Sequence record: OR983333.1
DNA length: 64,000 bases
Source: Escherichia phage 1-6af
Direction: 5' to 3' (one strand)
In this document: piece by piece, positions 49,990-59,175 of the stretch
Position numbering within the stretch: the first letter of the stretch is position 1
How the letters are laid out: each line of letters begins with the position of its first letter
Made by a program: the position numbers and the translations under genes
The notes under the pieces: generated by a model
Seen by the model: the letters and a program-made list of their open reading frames with translations, nothing else
What the model was told of the DNA's origin: nothing
Databases searched by the model: none

Positions 49990-50199
49990 TTAACTAAAGA
50001 TACGAATGGCTACATCGTGACCAATATGACCGGGAACTTTATGCTGTTCTATTTTCAAACAGTGTTTACAGATACGAGATACACGAGATTCTTTTCTCTC
50101 GACCGGAGTGTCTTTAGCGTGGGTGATATGTAGGTTCTCAGTGATCACCCACTCGTGTTTACATCCAGAATCTTCGGGCTTTTTCTTACGAAAGAACAT
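49990..50199 (-). CDS. small zinc-ribbon protein (tandem paralog 1)
   Basis: MFFRKKKP...CKHEW...CKHC; start at internal Met of ORF 49990..50241. Confidence 0.4.
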   Translation of the reverse strand: MFFRKKKPEDSGCKHEWVITENLHITHAKDTPVERKESRVSRICKHCLKIEQHKVPGHIGHDVAIRIFS

Positions 50200-50207
50200 A
50201 ACACCCC

Positions 50208-50372
50208 TTAGATCAGATCTGTTTTCTTGTGCAGACCACACACTTTACAGCGAGAGTAGATACGCAACCCTTGTCGCTCTCTGTCAGTAAGTTTATTTGT
50301 GATCGTCAGTTCATAAGTATGAAGATCTTCCCACTCATGGAAATGAAAGAAGCGTTTGAACCATTTGATCAT
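50208..50372 (-). CDS. small zinc-ribbon protein (tandem paralog 2, 54 aa)
   Basis: Below cutoff; hand translation MIKWFKRFFHFHEW...CKVCG. Confidence 0.35.
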   Translation of the reverse strand: MIKWFKRFFHFHEWEDLHTYELTITNKLTDRERQGLRIYSRCKVCGLHKKTDLI

Positions 50373-50381
50373 AATGATTCC

Positions 50382-50543
50382 TTAGATTACATCACGATGA
50401 CTAACATCACCACACACCTTACACTGAATAACGTAACGTGTGCCCTTGTCGTTATTCCCATCTGAATCTGTATAGACCAGAGGGCGAGTATTAATAATCT
50501 TCCAATCATGACAATGAAAGACACGCTTTAGCCACTTGAACAT
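50382..50543 (-). CDS. small zinc-ribbon protein (tandem paralog 3)
   Basis: MFKWLKRVFHCHDW...CKVCG from internal Met; the N-terminal 58 codons of the ORF-track call look non-coding. Confidence 0.35.
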   Translation of the reverse strand: MFKWLKRVFHCHDWKIINTRPLVYTDSDGNNDKGTRYVIQCKVCGDVSHRDVI

Positions 50544-50550
50544 ATTAACC

Positions 50551-50802
50551 TCAAGCACAAGCAGGGAGAGTGATGATTTTATACTGACCATCAAACTCAC
50601 TAAACAAACCCAAGAATGTAGGACTGTACGTACCAGTGCAAACAAACTCATCAAACAATGCGTTATAGCTAGGCTTAATCTTCCAAGCCCATACATAACC
50701 CATCTTGTCAATTGCAATGTAACGAGTGTTCAGAGGAACAGTCATCATCACACCGTCAACTTCGATCACTTTAGTGATTGGTGCAGCTTGAAAGTTTTTC
50801 AT
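50551..50802 (-). CDS. hypothetical protein
   Basis: 83-aa ORF; operon context. Confidence 0.35.
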   Translation of the reverse strand: MKNFQAAPITKVIEVDGVMMTVPLNTRYIAIDKMGYVWAWKIKPSYNALFDEFVCTGTYSPTFLGLFSEFDGQYKIITLPACA

Positions 50803-50984
50803 ACTTTACCTTTGATAAAAATATCATTACCACAGACACAGCATGAACGAACAACAGTAGCGCCACGCTGAACGATACGAACCTCTTCCTTAACCAGATT
50901 AATACGAGCACCGCAGCAAGGGGAGTTGACATAAGAGTAACCAGCTTGCGTATGTTTTATTGTTTGCTTAGACATTTTATTCAA
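50799..50984 (-). CDS. zinc-ribbon protein
   Basis: CCG ... CCVCG Cys clusters. Confidence 0.4.
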   Translation of the reverse strand: MNKMSKQTIKHTQAGYSYVNSPCCGARINLVKEEVRIVQRGATVVRSCCVCGNDIFIKGKV

Positions 50985-51321
50985 GATCTCTCAGTTGTTC
51001 AGCCATTTGTTCGCATTCGTTGATGCAGAAAGCTTCTGTTCTTGGAACCCCGTTAGGGTTGAACCGTGTCTTATCACCTGCATGGGCACAATCAAATCCG
51101 ATTGTATTTAAACCACCCATCTCTTCAAGGGTGTCTTGCCATGTGACACCACCATGAACACTTACATAACAAACCTTTTCCTTTCCGTTATATCCGGTGA
51201 AGTTTTTATGTTTTAAGCTGTCTGGTAGCTCTACATATCCACAAAAATGGGAGTCGTTCATGTGCATAATCACAGCACGAAGACCTGATTTAGTGACCCA
51301 ATCTTTAACCATGCGTCTCAT
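50977..51321 (-). CDS. hypothetical protein
   Basis: 114-aa ORF with His/Cys/Asp-rich segments. Confidence 0.4.
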   Translation of the reverse strand: MRRMVKDWVTKSGLRAVIMHMNDSHFCGYVELPDSLKHKNFTGYNGKEKVCYVSVHGGVTWQDTLEEMGGLNTIGFDCAHAGDKTRFNPNGVPRTEAFCINECEQMAEQLRDLE

Positions 51322-51365
51322 ATAAGCACCTCTTGTTAGTTTAAGTAAGAGTTGTCCCTTAATTA

Positions 51366-51393
51366 AAACAACAAAGGCCGCCCGAAGGCAGCC
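51366..51393 (-). terminator. intrinsic terminator
   Basis: GGCTGCC-ttcg-GGCGGCC hairpin with T-rich runs on both sides. Confidence 0.5.
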
Positions 51394-51402
51394 TTTTATT
51401 TA

Positions 51403-51543
51403 TTAACTGTTATACGTCCAACCACCTTGCTTGTTACGAATGGCTGACATTGCATGAATCCAAAAGCCTTCCAGTTTCAGAGCACCGTTAGCTACTGCAT
51501 CCATACGTTCAGGGCGGTTCATACGTTTGGTTGATACTTTCAT
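51403..51543 (-). CDS. hypothetical small protein (46 aa)
   Basis: Below cutoff; hand translation. Confidence 0.3.
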   Translation of the reverse strand: MKVSTKRMNRPERMDAVANGALKLEGFWIHAMSAIRNKQGGWTYNS

Positions 51544-51901
51544 ACCTATCTCTCTTTGTTAGTGGAGGCATTATTGCCAGTTGATATAAGGAATAGCCCT
51601 AGTCAGTAGACTAATCCTGACCGCGTACTCATTGCCGACCTTCTCTGCCTAAGAGTTCAGGTTCTAGAGCTATCTCTTATTCCAACTGGTGAAGACTCCC
51701 TACCCCTAGGAAGTCTCCTGAATCCCAAACTAATACGTACCCCTACATATCAGAAAGTCTTTCGAAAATTAACAGGTTTTAGTCTAGCACCGGATGTTCG
51801 AGCAAGCTCTCCCTAGCGGTGTGGCATATGCCTGAATTAATAAGTTAATGAGGAACACCCTCACATAGCCCTCTGATAAACACAAGGGCTATAAGTCGGT
51901 G

Positions 51902-52120
51902 TTACTTTTGAGTCAAATACAAATCAGGGCGAGGCATAACAGTGGTTGATGGATTGAAATTACCAACATAACCAGTGCTTAGATTGGCAGCCCTGCGTAG
52001 TCCATTAGAGAGATCATCATCTAGCATCAGCCAGAATTTTTGATCATAAGAGAAAACATCTCCCCCTTTAAGATCTTCCACATTTGCATATTTAGGAGTC
52101 TCAACTACTTTAATTTCCAT
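51902..52120 (-). CDS. small beta-rich protein (paralog family member)
   Basis: VEDLKGGDVF..QKFWL motif. Confidence 0.45.
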   Translation of the reverse strand: MEIKVVETPKYANVEDLKGGDVFSYDQKFWLMLDDDLSNGLRRAANLSTGYVGNFNPSTTVMPRPDLYLTQK

Positions 52121-52378
52121 CTACTTACCCTTGTTGGTAATAATAACATCATGAAGAAGAACAATCTTGCTTTTCGAGCTAAGCTTAAGGACTTGCTTAT
52201 TTGTCAGACTGAGGACGACACAACCACCATCAGAAGGCTTGGTCTCTTCAATCTGTGGGGTAAATAGCTGAACAACCATGTAGAAATCTGTTCGTGTTTC
52301 CCTGATTTGGAATACATCTCCAAGTTTGAGATCACCAACACACAAAGACGGTTCCTTTACTTCAAGATTAATCTTCAT
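52121..52378 (-). CDS. small beta-rich protein (paralog family member)
   Basis: VGDLKLGDVF...FYMV motif. Confidence 0.45.
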   Translation of the reverse strand: MKINLEVKEPSLCVGDLKLGDVFQIRETRTDFYMVVQLFTPQIEETKPSDGGCVVLSLTNKQVLKLSSKSKIVLLHDVIITNKGK

Positions 52379-52604
52379 CTTTAGCCTCTATATTGGTTAT
52401 GTGGAGATCACTGCGTACTTGGCAGACTTCATCTCGTTTAATAGGAATGAGCTTTCCAGTTACCACATCAACACAGTTCACATAATTTTCTGCGTATAGA
52501 CTGTCAGTTCTAATGTAAAAGAACCCTTTAGACTCAAACAGAACCCCCGGCTTCATGTTATTTAAGCGAAGCATTGTACGATCGGATTTAATATTAACTT
52601 TCAT
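52368..52604 (-). CDS. small beta-rich protein (paralog family member)
   Basis: LNNMKPGVLF..GFFYI motif. Confidence 0.45.
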   Translation of the reverse strand: MKVNIKSDRTMLRLNNMKPGVLFESKGFFYIRTDSLYAENYVNCVDVVTGKLIPIKRDEVCQVRSDLHITNIEAKDED

Positions 52605-52606
52605 CT

Positions 52607-52888
52607 TTAATCCACCTTATTGGTAAGTCGAGCATTATCAACTACCTGAACAACAGTATCTTTTCTCAACATTGTTATTCTATCCGAAGTGAGATCTACT
52701 ACTACCCTTTCATCAGACTTCCAACTAGCTGAATAAACGGTTGAGGAATCTAGCTTTACTGTAAGATATAATTTATTTTTAGGTGGCACAGTTTCAAAAA
52801 CACTTCCCACCTTCAGATCTTTCAGCTGCTTGACTACAGGGGCTGTATTAATATCATGCTTCATTGTTAATCTCCTGCTGCTTAGCAA
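52607..52888 (-). CDS. small beta-rich protein (paralog family member)
   Basis: LKDLKVGSVF...LYLTV motif. Confidence 0.45.
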   Translation of the reverse strand: MLSSRRLTMKHDINTAPVVKQLKDLKVGSVFETVPPKNKLYLTVKLDSSTVYSASWKSDERVVVDLTSDRITMLRKDTVVQVVDNARLTNKVD

Positions 52889-53150
52889 TAGCTACTCGCA
52901 AGTCTTCATTAGCACGAGCAAGGCGTAATACTTCATTGTTGAGGTTCTGAAGACGCTTGTTTCTGTCCTCTACTTGCATAATAAGATCGTTAAGTGTTAC
53001 TTTAACTTTCTCATTATACATCTCATCCACTCGAACTAGGGATTTATACATTCTCTCCCAGCTTGCTGCTTTGTTTCTGAGAATAATAAATCCTAGAACG
53101 CTGATAGTTAAACAGCTTACAAAAAGGAATTTATATACTTCTAAAGTCAT
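52854..53150 (-). CDS. membrane-anchored coiled-coil protein
   Basis: N-terminal TM helix then heptad-rich coiled coil. Confidence 0.4.
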   Translation of the reverse strand: MTLEVYKFLFVSCLTISVLGFIILRNKAASWERMYKSLVRVDEMYNEKVKVTLNDLIMQVEDRNKRLQNLNNEVLRLARANEDLRVAIAKQQEINNEA

Positions 53151-53350
53151 ATTATTTTACCCTTTATCAGAGATTAAAAGTAATATTATTTAAGTAAGTT
53201 ATATTTAGTAAACTTATTTTCTAAGAAATTTTCAAAGGGTCTATATACAGAGCATTACCCATAGTTCCAGAATACTGCCATCTTTTTCAATAAATTTACT
53301 AAGTGGTTGGTTTATAAAGGAATTTAGTTTGTCAAATCTGGCACTAGTGA

Positions 53351-53740
53351 TTATTCCCTAGAGCTATTATCGAACACTAAATCACCACAATACATAGGAT
53401 TGGCATACCATTTTGGCACCCCTTCGCTCTTACTCTGAAAGTAAGTCCCACTATACAGCGGAACATAATTCTTCTTAAGGGCACGTTTAGCTAACCGCTC
53501 GCTTTCTCCAATGGCTTGCTTAGTCATCGGATTTTTATCACGAATCAGCTTTACATAACGTTTATAAGGTTTCTCCTGTTTTAATAGTACCGGAATCCAC
53601 TCAAACTGGTTCTTTTGTCTTATCACCTGTTCAGCGGTCAGTTTTCGTTGGGCCATTCTATTTATCACGGTATCCGCAACTAAAGCCTTACATGCGGTTG
53701 GCTGATTCCCTGCCTCATAATAAATAGTCAATGTCAACAT
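53351..53740 (-). CDS. SleB-like cell-wall hydrolase (endolysin candidate)
   Basis: N-terminal TIYYEAGNQP...ALVADTVINRM resembles the cell-wall hydrolase (SleB-type) family. Confidence 0.5.
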   Translation of the reverse strand: MLTLTIYYEAGNQPTACKALVADTVINRMAQRKLTAEQVIRQKNQFEWIPVLLKQEKPYKRYVKLIRDKNPMTKQAIGESERLAKRALKKNYVPLYSGTYFQSKSEGVPKWYANPMYCGDLVFDNSSRE

Positions 53741-53787
53741 TAGCTGGGCCGTTGTTATCAGAACTTGCTACCTCCTGTTTTACGGGC

Positions 53788-53816
53788 ATAAAAAAGCCCC
53801 AGCCGTAGCCGGGGCA
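53788..53816 (-). terminator. intrinsic terminator
   Basis: GC-rich hairpin GCCCCGGC / GCTGGGGC followed by TTTTTT on minus. Confidence 0.5.
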
Positions 53817-53875
53817 AACCTGAAAGCAACACATGACCGTTGCTATAAATACACTCGCAAATGCACTTACAGCAA

Positions 53876-53900
53876 CGCAAAAAGCCGCTCAAAGGCGGCT
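53876..53900 (-). terminator. intrinsic terminator
   Basis: AGCCGCC-tttga-GCGGCT hairpin followed by TTTTTGCGTT on minus. Confidence 0.45.
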
Positions 53901-53956
53901 ATGCGGAAGCTTCAAATGGGGAGAGGGCACGACGCTACAGAAAGAGCGTCATAGTA

Positions 53957-54130
53957 CTAAAAAGAGAGGCTATTGGAGAGGTTACTTATTGCCTTCCTTA
54001 ATGCCTTGTTTTCTTGTTTAACCAATTCGTTTTCTTCTTGCAAGGATGCTACCAGATGGACCAGAACATCAACTACTGCATCACCTTGCCGCATCTCTCT
54101 GACTTTATTTAGAATCTCTGAATAAATCAT
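53957..54130 (-). CDS. hypothetical small coiled-coil protein (57 aa)
   Basis: Below cutoff; ATGA overlap with upstream stop; its stop lies inside a conserved motif. Confidence 0.3.
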   Translation of the reverse strand: MIYSEILNKVREMRQGDAVVDVLVHLVASLQEENELVKQENKALRKAISNLSNSLSF

Positions 54131-54570
54131 TTTACCCTCGCCTCTTTGATGGGGTCAATGTATTTCTCAACGCCCCATTTATGTTTACTATCTGCGTAGA
54201 AAACATCAGGCGCACACTGACTTGTCTTAGGGAATGCTTGCGGGTCTTTCGTGCTACCTTTAAACTTCTGCTTACCACGGGTGCGACCATTACAGAAGAT
54301 TTCTAACTTCTTCTCTTCTTCTGTTTTAGCGCCCCCGCTCTGTAACAAAGAACGTTTATGATCAGCTAACAACAACGCATCAGCACGATGGACACGATGG
54401 CCTACACGTTTTGCCACACTAGAAGGAACATGGGATTCAGCTTCAGCCTTTGCAGCACGACGTTTTAAACTACGCTTACTAACGTGATTGGTTGCCTTTG
54501 GCTTCTCTTTCTCCAATTCAGAAATAGAAAAACAACGACCGCCCTTCATGCTGATTTTAGATTTAGCCAC
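54127..54570 (-). CDS. basic protein, unknown function
   Basis: 147-aa Lys/Arg-rich ORF in a locally GC-richer block. Confidence 0.4.
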   Translation of the reverse strand: MAKSKISMKGGRCFSISELEKEKPKATNHVSKRSLKRRAAKAEAESHVPSSVAKRVGHRVHRADALLLADHKRSLLQSGGAKTEEEKKLEIFCNGRTRGKQKFKGSTKDPQAFPKTSQCAPDVFYADSKHKWGVEKYIDPIKEARVK

Positions 54571-54639
54571 AATCTTATTCCTTTCAGTGATAAGTTATAT
54601 CGGGCAAGCCCATCAAGGCGATAGGCTTGAACAAATAAC

Positions 54640-54849
54640 TTAATCAAGTAAACTAAACGATTTCCAACTACGTAGAAGGATTGTACCGTCATCCATAGTT
54701 ACACACAACTTTAGTAGTTTCTTATTGGCACTACTCACCGTTGTAATTCGTCCGGTTGTGCATTTACCTTTGTTGCTGTAAAGATATACAACACGACGAC
54801 CTAACAGTCGGGAGGGAGCTTTCTTAAACTCTGAAATATTAGTGATCAT
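54640..54849 (-). CDS. hypothetical protein
   Basis: 69-aa ORF; ATGA overlap with upstream gene. Confidence 0.35.
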   Translation of the reverse strand: MITNISEFKKAPSRLLGRRVVYLYSNKGKCTTGRITTVSSANKKLLKLCVTMDDGTILLRSWKSFSLLD

Positions 54850-55070
54850 AATGCTTGATACCTTTGGATGTGTTCAATACGGGTGGATTGAGCAAAGGAC
54901 GCTTTAACAGCCATTTTTCTAACTTCTTCTTTACGCTGATTAGCGTGTACAGTATCCCAATGATTGTCATCACGTTGGCGCTGTAATATCTTACTACATT
55001 TGCGATGGTTTCCCGTGCTGCGATGTTTCTCACAAATAGGACACTTACCAAAATTGCTACTGAATATCAT
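54846..55070 (-). CDS. basic zinc-finger protein
   Basis: CPICEKH...C motif; 4-nt overlaps with both neighbours; preferred over alternative frame 54839..55051. Confidence 0.35.
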   Translation of the reverse strand: MIFSSNFGKCPICEKHRSTGNHRKCSKILQRQRDDNHWDTVHANQRKEEVRKMAVKASFAQSTRIEHIQRYQAL

Positions 55071-55294
55071 TTTCTTAATCCCAACTTTCTTAAGATACGG
55101 CCTAACGTTGTTTCTTGCGTGATAATATAGCTGATCGCTTCACGTTCCAACGTCTCAATCTTCATTGGAGACGGATACCATTCACCGGTAATAACACATT
55201 TACATTCAACGCCATACTTTTTAGATAGGCGGTAATGTTGACCGTTGACAAGATTCCTATAGATCGTGGTATGTGTAATTAACATGATCGTCAC
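55067..55294 (-). CDS. hypothetical protein
   Basis: 75-aa ORF; operon context. Confidence 0.35.
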   Translation of the reverse strand: MTIMLITHTTIYRNLVNGQHYRLSKKYGVECKCVITGEWYPSPMKIETLEREAISYIITQETTLGRILRKLGLRK

Positions 55295-55396
55295 CTTTGA
55301 TTAGATTCTTTGATTAATGCACTGAATCAATGCACTGATAAAAGAAAAGGCGCTACCCGTTAAGATAGCGCCTTATGCTTATTTGAATTGTCTTAC

Positions 55397-56305
55397 TTAT
55401 GCCGCTTGGCGTGCCGCCATAATTTCAGCCGCTTTACGCAATACTTCTTCCTCTTCTGCTTTCGCCGCTTGTTCGGTACGGGTAGCAACCGTTGAAGAGA
55501 TACGACTGCGCAGTCCTTCTAACTTCTCCTGCATAGCTGCGATAGTCTTTTCCATTTCATCAGCGTATGAATCGAGGGATTCTAATTCCTTGCTTGATGC
55601 GTTCATCAGATAGTCATCGGAGATCGCTACCGTTGAGGCCGTTACTTTCTTGATGAGTGAGTCGAAAGACTTTTTAACCTTGCCGACTTCTTCACTTAAG
55701 GCGATAGTATTATCGCTAGTAGCGCCGTTGCGCTCATCAGCCAGCAATTTGGCTTCGATACGGATTGCATTCAAGCGTTCAACTAAAGCGTAAATATCCT
55801 GATTAAAATCTTCCTTGTTTTTCGCAGGTATTTGCAGGTGTGCCGCTACGTTGTCATTGCAACCCTTGTAAAAGTTAGGGTTATCGACTTCAATTTCACG
55901 ACCGAGGGCAAAATTTTCGAAAGCATTTGACCAGCGAGCTCGATTTTGTTCCATTTTGGCCTTAATTTGCGCTTCTTTCGCATCTTCTTTCGCTTTCGCT
56001 TCACCTTCCAGATTAATCCACTTTTTACGACCGTTTGCCGCATCAGTGTTAAACTTGATAGGAGTTAAGAAAGTAATTGCAGTGGCAATAACATCCATAT
56101 CACGGAAACGTTCAGTTAACAAGAAGTCAACCGCCGCCTGCAATACGTCCAGCTTCTTACCATTACTGCGGAAGTGCTGTAAGTGCCCTAACAGGAAGTT
56201 AGAAACATCTTGTTTGATCGCCGCGTTATTACTGCGAATGTTGTTAGCCAGAGCATTAAAACCGGATTCGTTAACCAGAGTAAAGATTTTAGCCATGATA
56301 TTCAC
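55397..56305 (-). CDS. hypothetical coiled-coil protein
   Basis: 302-aa helical ORF; AAAGGTGAA RBS. Confidence 0.45.
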   Translation of the reverse strand: MNIMAKIFTLVNESGFNALANNIRSNNAAIKQDVSNFLLGHLQHFRSNGKKLDVLQAAVDFLLTERFRDMDVIATAITFLTPIKFNTDAANGRKKWINLEGEAKAKEDAKEAQIKAKMEQNRARWSNAFENFALGREIEVDNPNFYKGCNDNVAAHLQIPAKNKEDFNQDIYALVERLNAIRIEAKLLADERNGATSDNTIALSEEVGKVKKSFDSLIKKVTASTVAISDDYLMNASSKELESLDSYADEMEKTIAAMQEKLEGLRSRISSTVATRTEQAAKAEEEEVLRKAAEIMAARQAA

Positions 56306-57118
56306 CTTTCAATTGTAAGGGCGCTATTGCCCCGCTCTCTATGAGCTTGTTTAAGTCACTATTAACTTAACTATAACCACTCGTTGTTAAGTAGTTATAG
56401 GTAAGCGGGGCGGTCTTATCAGGAGTTAACCTTGCCGCCCCCTTATCCGTGATGTTTCATCTGGTATCTTTAATTAGTCGCTATAAACGAAGCCGACCTG
56501 ATAGCGATGATCAATCATCACAATAAGGCTGTGTGTCCGACTCTAATTAGTTACATTATTGTAACCGTCGGCAATATCGTCCACTTTGCTTTCGCTCTCG
56601 CCTATCCTTTTATATCAGCTCTCTATCGCTAGTCATCGCCCACTACGGGATACTATTGCGAAAGAGTCACTAACCGCCTAATATTCCGACGTTTTATATC
56701 TTTCAGCGAGTTTACTACATTACCCGACTATGTACTTTCATCATAAGATGAATCTCAAGCCGTTCACATCGTAAACGTTCACACTAAACCTTATTGTTAA
56801 ATAGCAATTTGCCACTTTTAACCACTCCCCGCCGCCCTCAATTGGGCGTTAATTCGTCGGGATTGCCTACCCTGATTAACTTCTTTCACTGTAGCGCCTT
56901 GTTAGCGATGACCGCCGCTACCCTTAACCGTGGGCGATTAGCTTAAGCCTTTGCGTGCACTCAATGAATCCGTTTACCAGTGGTGACGTTTCCAGTAAGG
57001 GAATGTAAAACTGTTTACCCTGATAATTTAGGGAGTTTTACGCCGTTTTATCTGGTATGCTTTCCGATGGTTATTATCATCCAGCATATTCAACCGATAT
57101 AGGAGAATGTTTAAATTA

Positions 57119-57743
57119 TTAAAGAGCGGTAAATCTATCAGTGTGCTTTCTCACACTATGCAACTGTTAGCCGTTGTTACGCTTTCCTTAAGCGGTGATT
57201 TGCTTAAGTGATGCTCATTATGAATCATGTTGTTTTCGCTGTCAACCGCTTTTTAATCTTTTTTCGTCGTTCCCGCTATTGGGAGGATATATCAATCAGC
57301 TTTATTTGATTGAAGATTAAGCGGTGATGCTTAACTTATGATTCATATTGTTAAAGAGCGTTAGCCTTTTAGAGTGTCTGCTAATCACTGTCACATTTAA
57401 GGCTTACTTATTCATTAACGGGCCGCCTACACCCGAACTACTCGCTGCACTATGTGCCACTTTTCCCGCGATACGTTGATTTGGGAACTTGTTAGCGGTG
57501 TATCTGCTAACTTGTGGTTAGTATGGACTACTTTAACCACGTTTGCAACTCTTTTTATCATCTTCTTTTAATTCCTTTCCCTTATCTCGCGTGAATCTAT
57601 GCGAAAGGGCAAGATGATAAGTTTTTAAAGAGCGGGATTTTTTAAGTCATCGCTGACTATGCTCACTATATATCAGGCTGTTTTCGGTGTCAATACTCTT
57701 TTTGAGAATATTTTCACTTTCTAACCTGATTTTTAAAGAGCGG
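57119..57743. repeat. dispersed TTAAAGAGCGG repeats inside a 1.8-kb ORF-free region
   Basis: Copies at 57119, 57351, 57625, 57733 (plus strand) and an inverted GAGCGGGGCAAT copy at 56326-56338; also TWAGCGGTGW-like repeats. Confidence 0.45.
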
Positions 57744-58076
57744 GGCAATTTCTTGCCTTGTATGTTTTACATCGTACCCGATGAAATGAAGTATACGCTA
57801 ATCAGATGAGATTGCAATAGGGTAAAGCAAATTATTTTAAACTTTTTCACTATAGGAAGGTAAAAGAGCAGGCGCACGCGATACATCATAGAAAACGGCT
57901 TGTAAAGCGATATTTAGCGGCCTAAAACGCATCACAACGAGCTAAAAGGGAGTAAGGCATACACTCACCTCATAAAAGAGAAAAGCCTCACTAGGAGGCT
58001 TACAGGAAGGATTAGAGAATCAGATAGATTATGACCATAGGCATGACTACGGCACAATACAGAAGAAAGATTAAGC

Positions 58077-58442
58077 CTATGGATTTACACATTGACCGTT
58101 ACCGGATGCCATTTCATTCATAGACTCATCAAAGAGCGTCAACGATGAGCGCATCAAGTGATCGACCGTAATTTGCTTACCAGTGGTTTCATTTACCAGT
58201 TGAATAGTTTTATCATATGATTGTACATGATCGAAATCATTTACATGTAAAATAATAACTTTAGGTGACTTTTTACCAGTGTCATAGTTTTCTACAATAT
58301 AGGTGCACTGTAAACCGTCAACCGTAGCAGGGGAGAACGTTGCAGCCTTAACGCTACCCATAGCTGACAGCAGGACACCTAACAGGAGAACGACAAGGAA
58401 GAAGCCTACAATCGTTTTAACGACGAATTTAATAAACCACAT
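58077..58442 (-). CDS. membrane-anchored periplasmic protein (superinfection-exclusion-like candidate)
   Basis: N-terminal TM/signal anchor then soluble domain; early-operon position. Confidence 0.4.
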   Translation of the reverse strand: MWFIKFVVKTIVGFFLVVLLLGVLLSAMGSVKAATFSPATVDGLQCTYIVENYDTGKKSPKVIILHVNDFDHVQSYDKTIQLVNETTGKQITVDHLMRSSLTLFDESMNEMASGNGQCVNP

Positions 58443-58640
58443 AGCAATTAACCTTTAATATTGAGATTAAGCAAATCGAGAGCGGCAACAATCAGTAAAT
58501 AGTTTAAAGAAATGAAGCCCACGACAAACAAAAACAAAAACAGCACAACAGACCTTAAAGAACGTAAGAATAAAGCATGTCAGCGACGAATAACGCCACT
58601 GTAACAACGAACAAGCAACGCCAAAAATAATCATGAATCA

Positions 58641-58895
58641 TTAGTTGCCTTTACCCTTAAATAGTGCTACTCTGAGCAGTTCGATTTCTTCCAGCGATAA
58701 GAGAATCCGACGTTGCGCCAAATACTGACCAGCTAGGAGGGTATCCATGATCAAAGCAACAGCGGGAAAGCTCACCGTCTTAATATTATCGCCGACAATA
58801 AACAAGATTAGACACTTGTCAGAGTCATCAGTATATGAGAAATCAATCTCACCATAATTGTGAGTCGGAATAGTAAAGCTATGCTCTTTAGTCAT
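58641..58895 (-). CDS. hypothetical protein
   Basis: 84-aa ORF; 8-nt overlap with upstream gene. Confidence 0.4.
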   Translation of the reverse strand: MTKEHSFTIPTHNYGEIDFSYTDDSDKCLILFIVGDNIKTVSFPAVALIMDTLLAGQYLAQRRILLSLEEIELLRVALFKGKGN

Positions 58896-59139
58896 GTATC
58901 AATCTTTCACTTAACAGGTTAGCCAGTGACAAATCACCTTTGATATAGATGTCACGAAAATCAGCACGGGTAATTTCAAGGCCAGCAAATTTCAACCATT
59001 TTTTAGCTGACTGAAAATCCATTTTGCAAAAAGTGATAATAGGCACGATAAGCTGACCATCAAGCGTATTAAACATGATAGCAGTATCGCCAACAAAACA
59101 AGAAAAGTCGTTAGATAATTCAACTTCTTTAATAGCCAT
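58888..59139 (-). CDS. hypothetical protein
   Basis: 83-aa ORF; operon context. Confidence 0.4.
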   Translation of the reverse strand: MAIKEVELSNDFSCFVGDTAIMFNTLDGQLIVPIITFCKMDFQSAKKWLKFAGLEITRADFRDIYIKGDLSLANLLSERLIHD

Positions 59140-59175
59140 TATTTATACTCCCAAAAGATTGGCAAATTAATTTAT

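Noticed and set aside
57119-57743. CRISPR array
   Set aside because: Repeats are short (about 11 nt), irregularly spaced (108-276 bp) and not of uniform length; no cas genes nearby.
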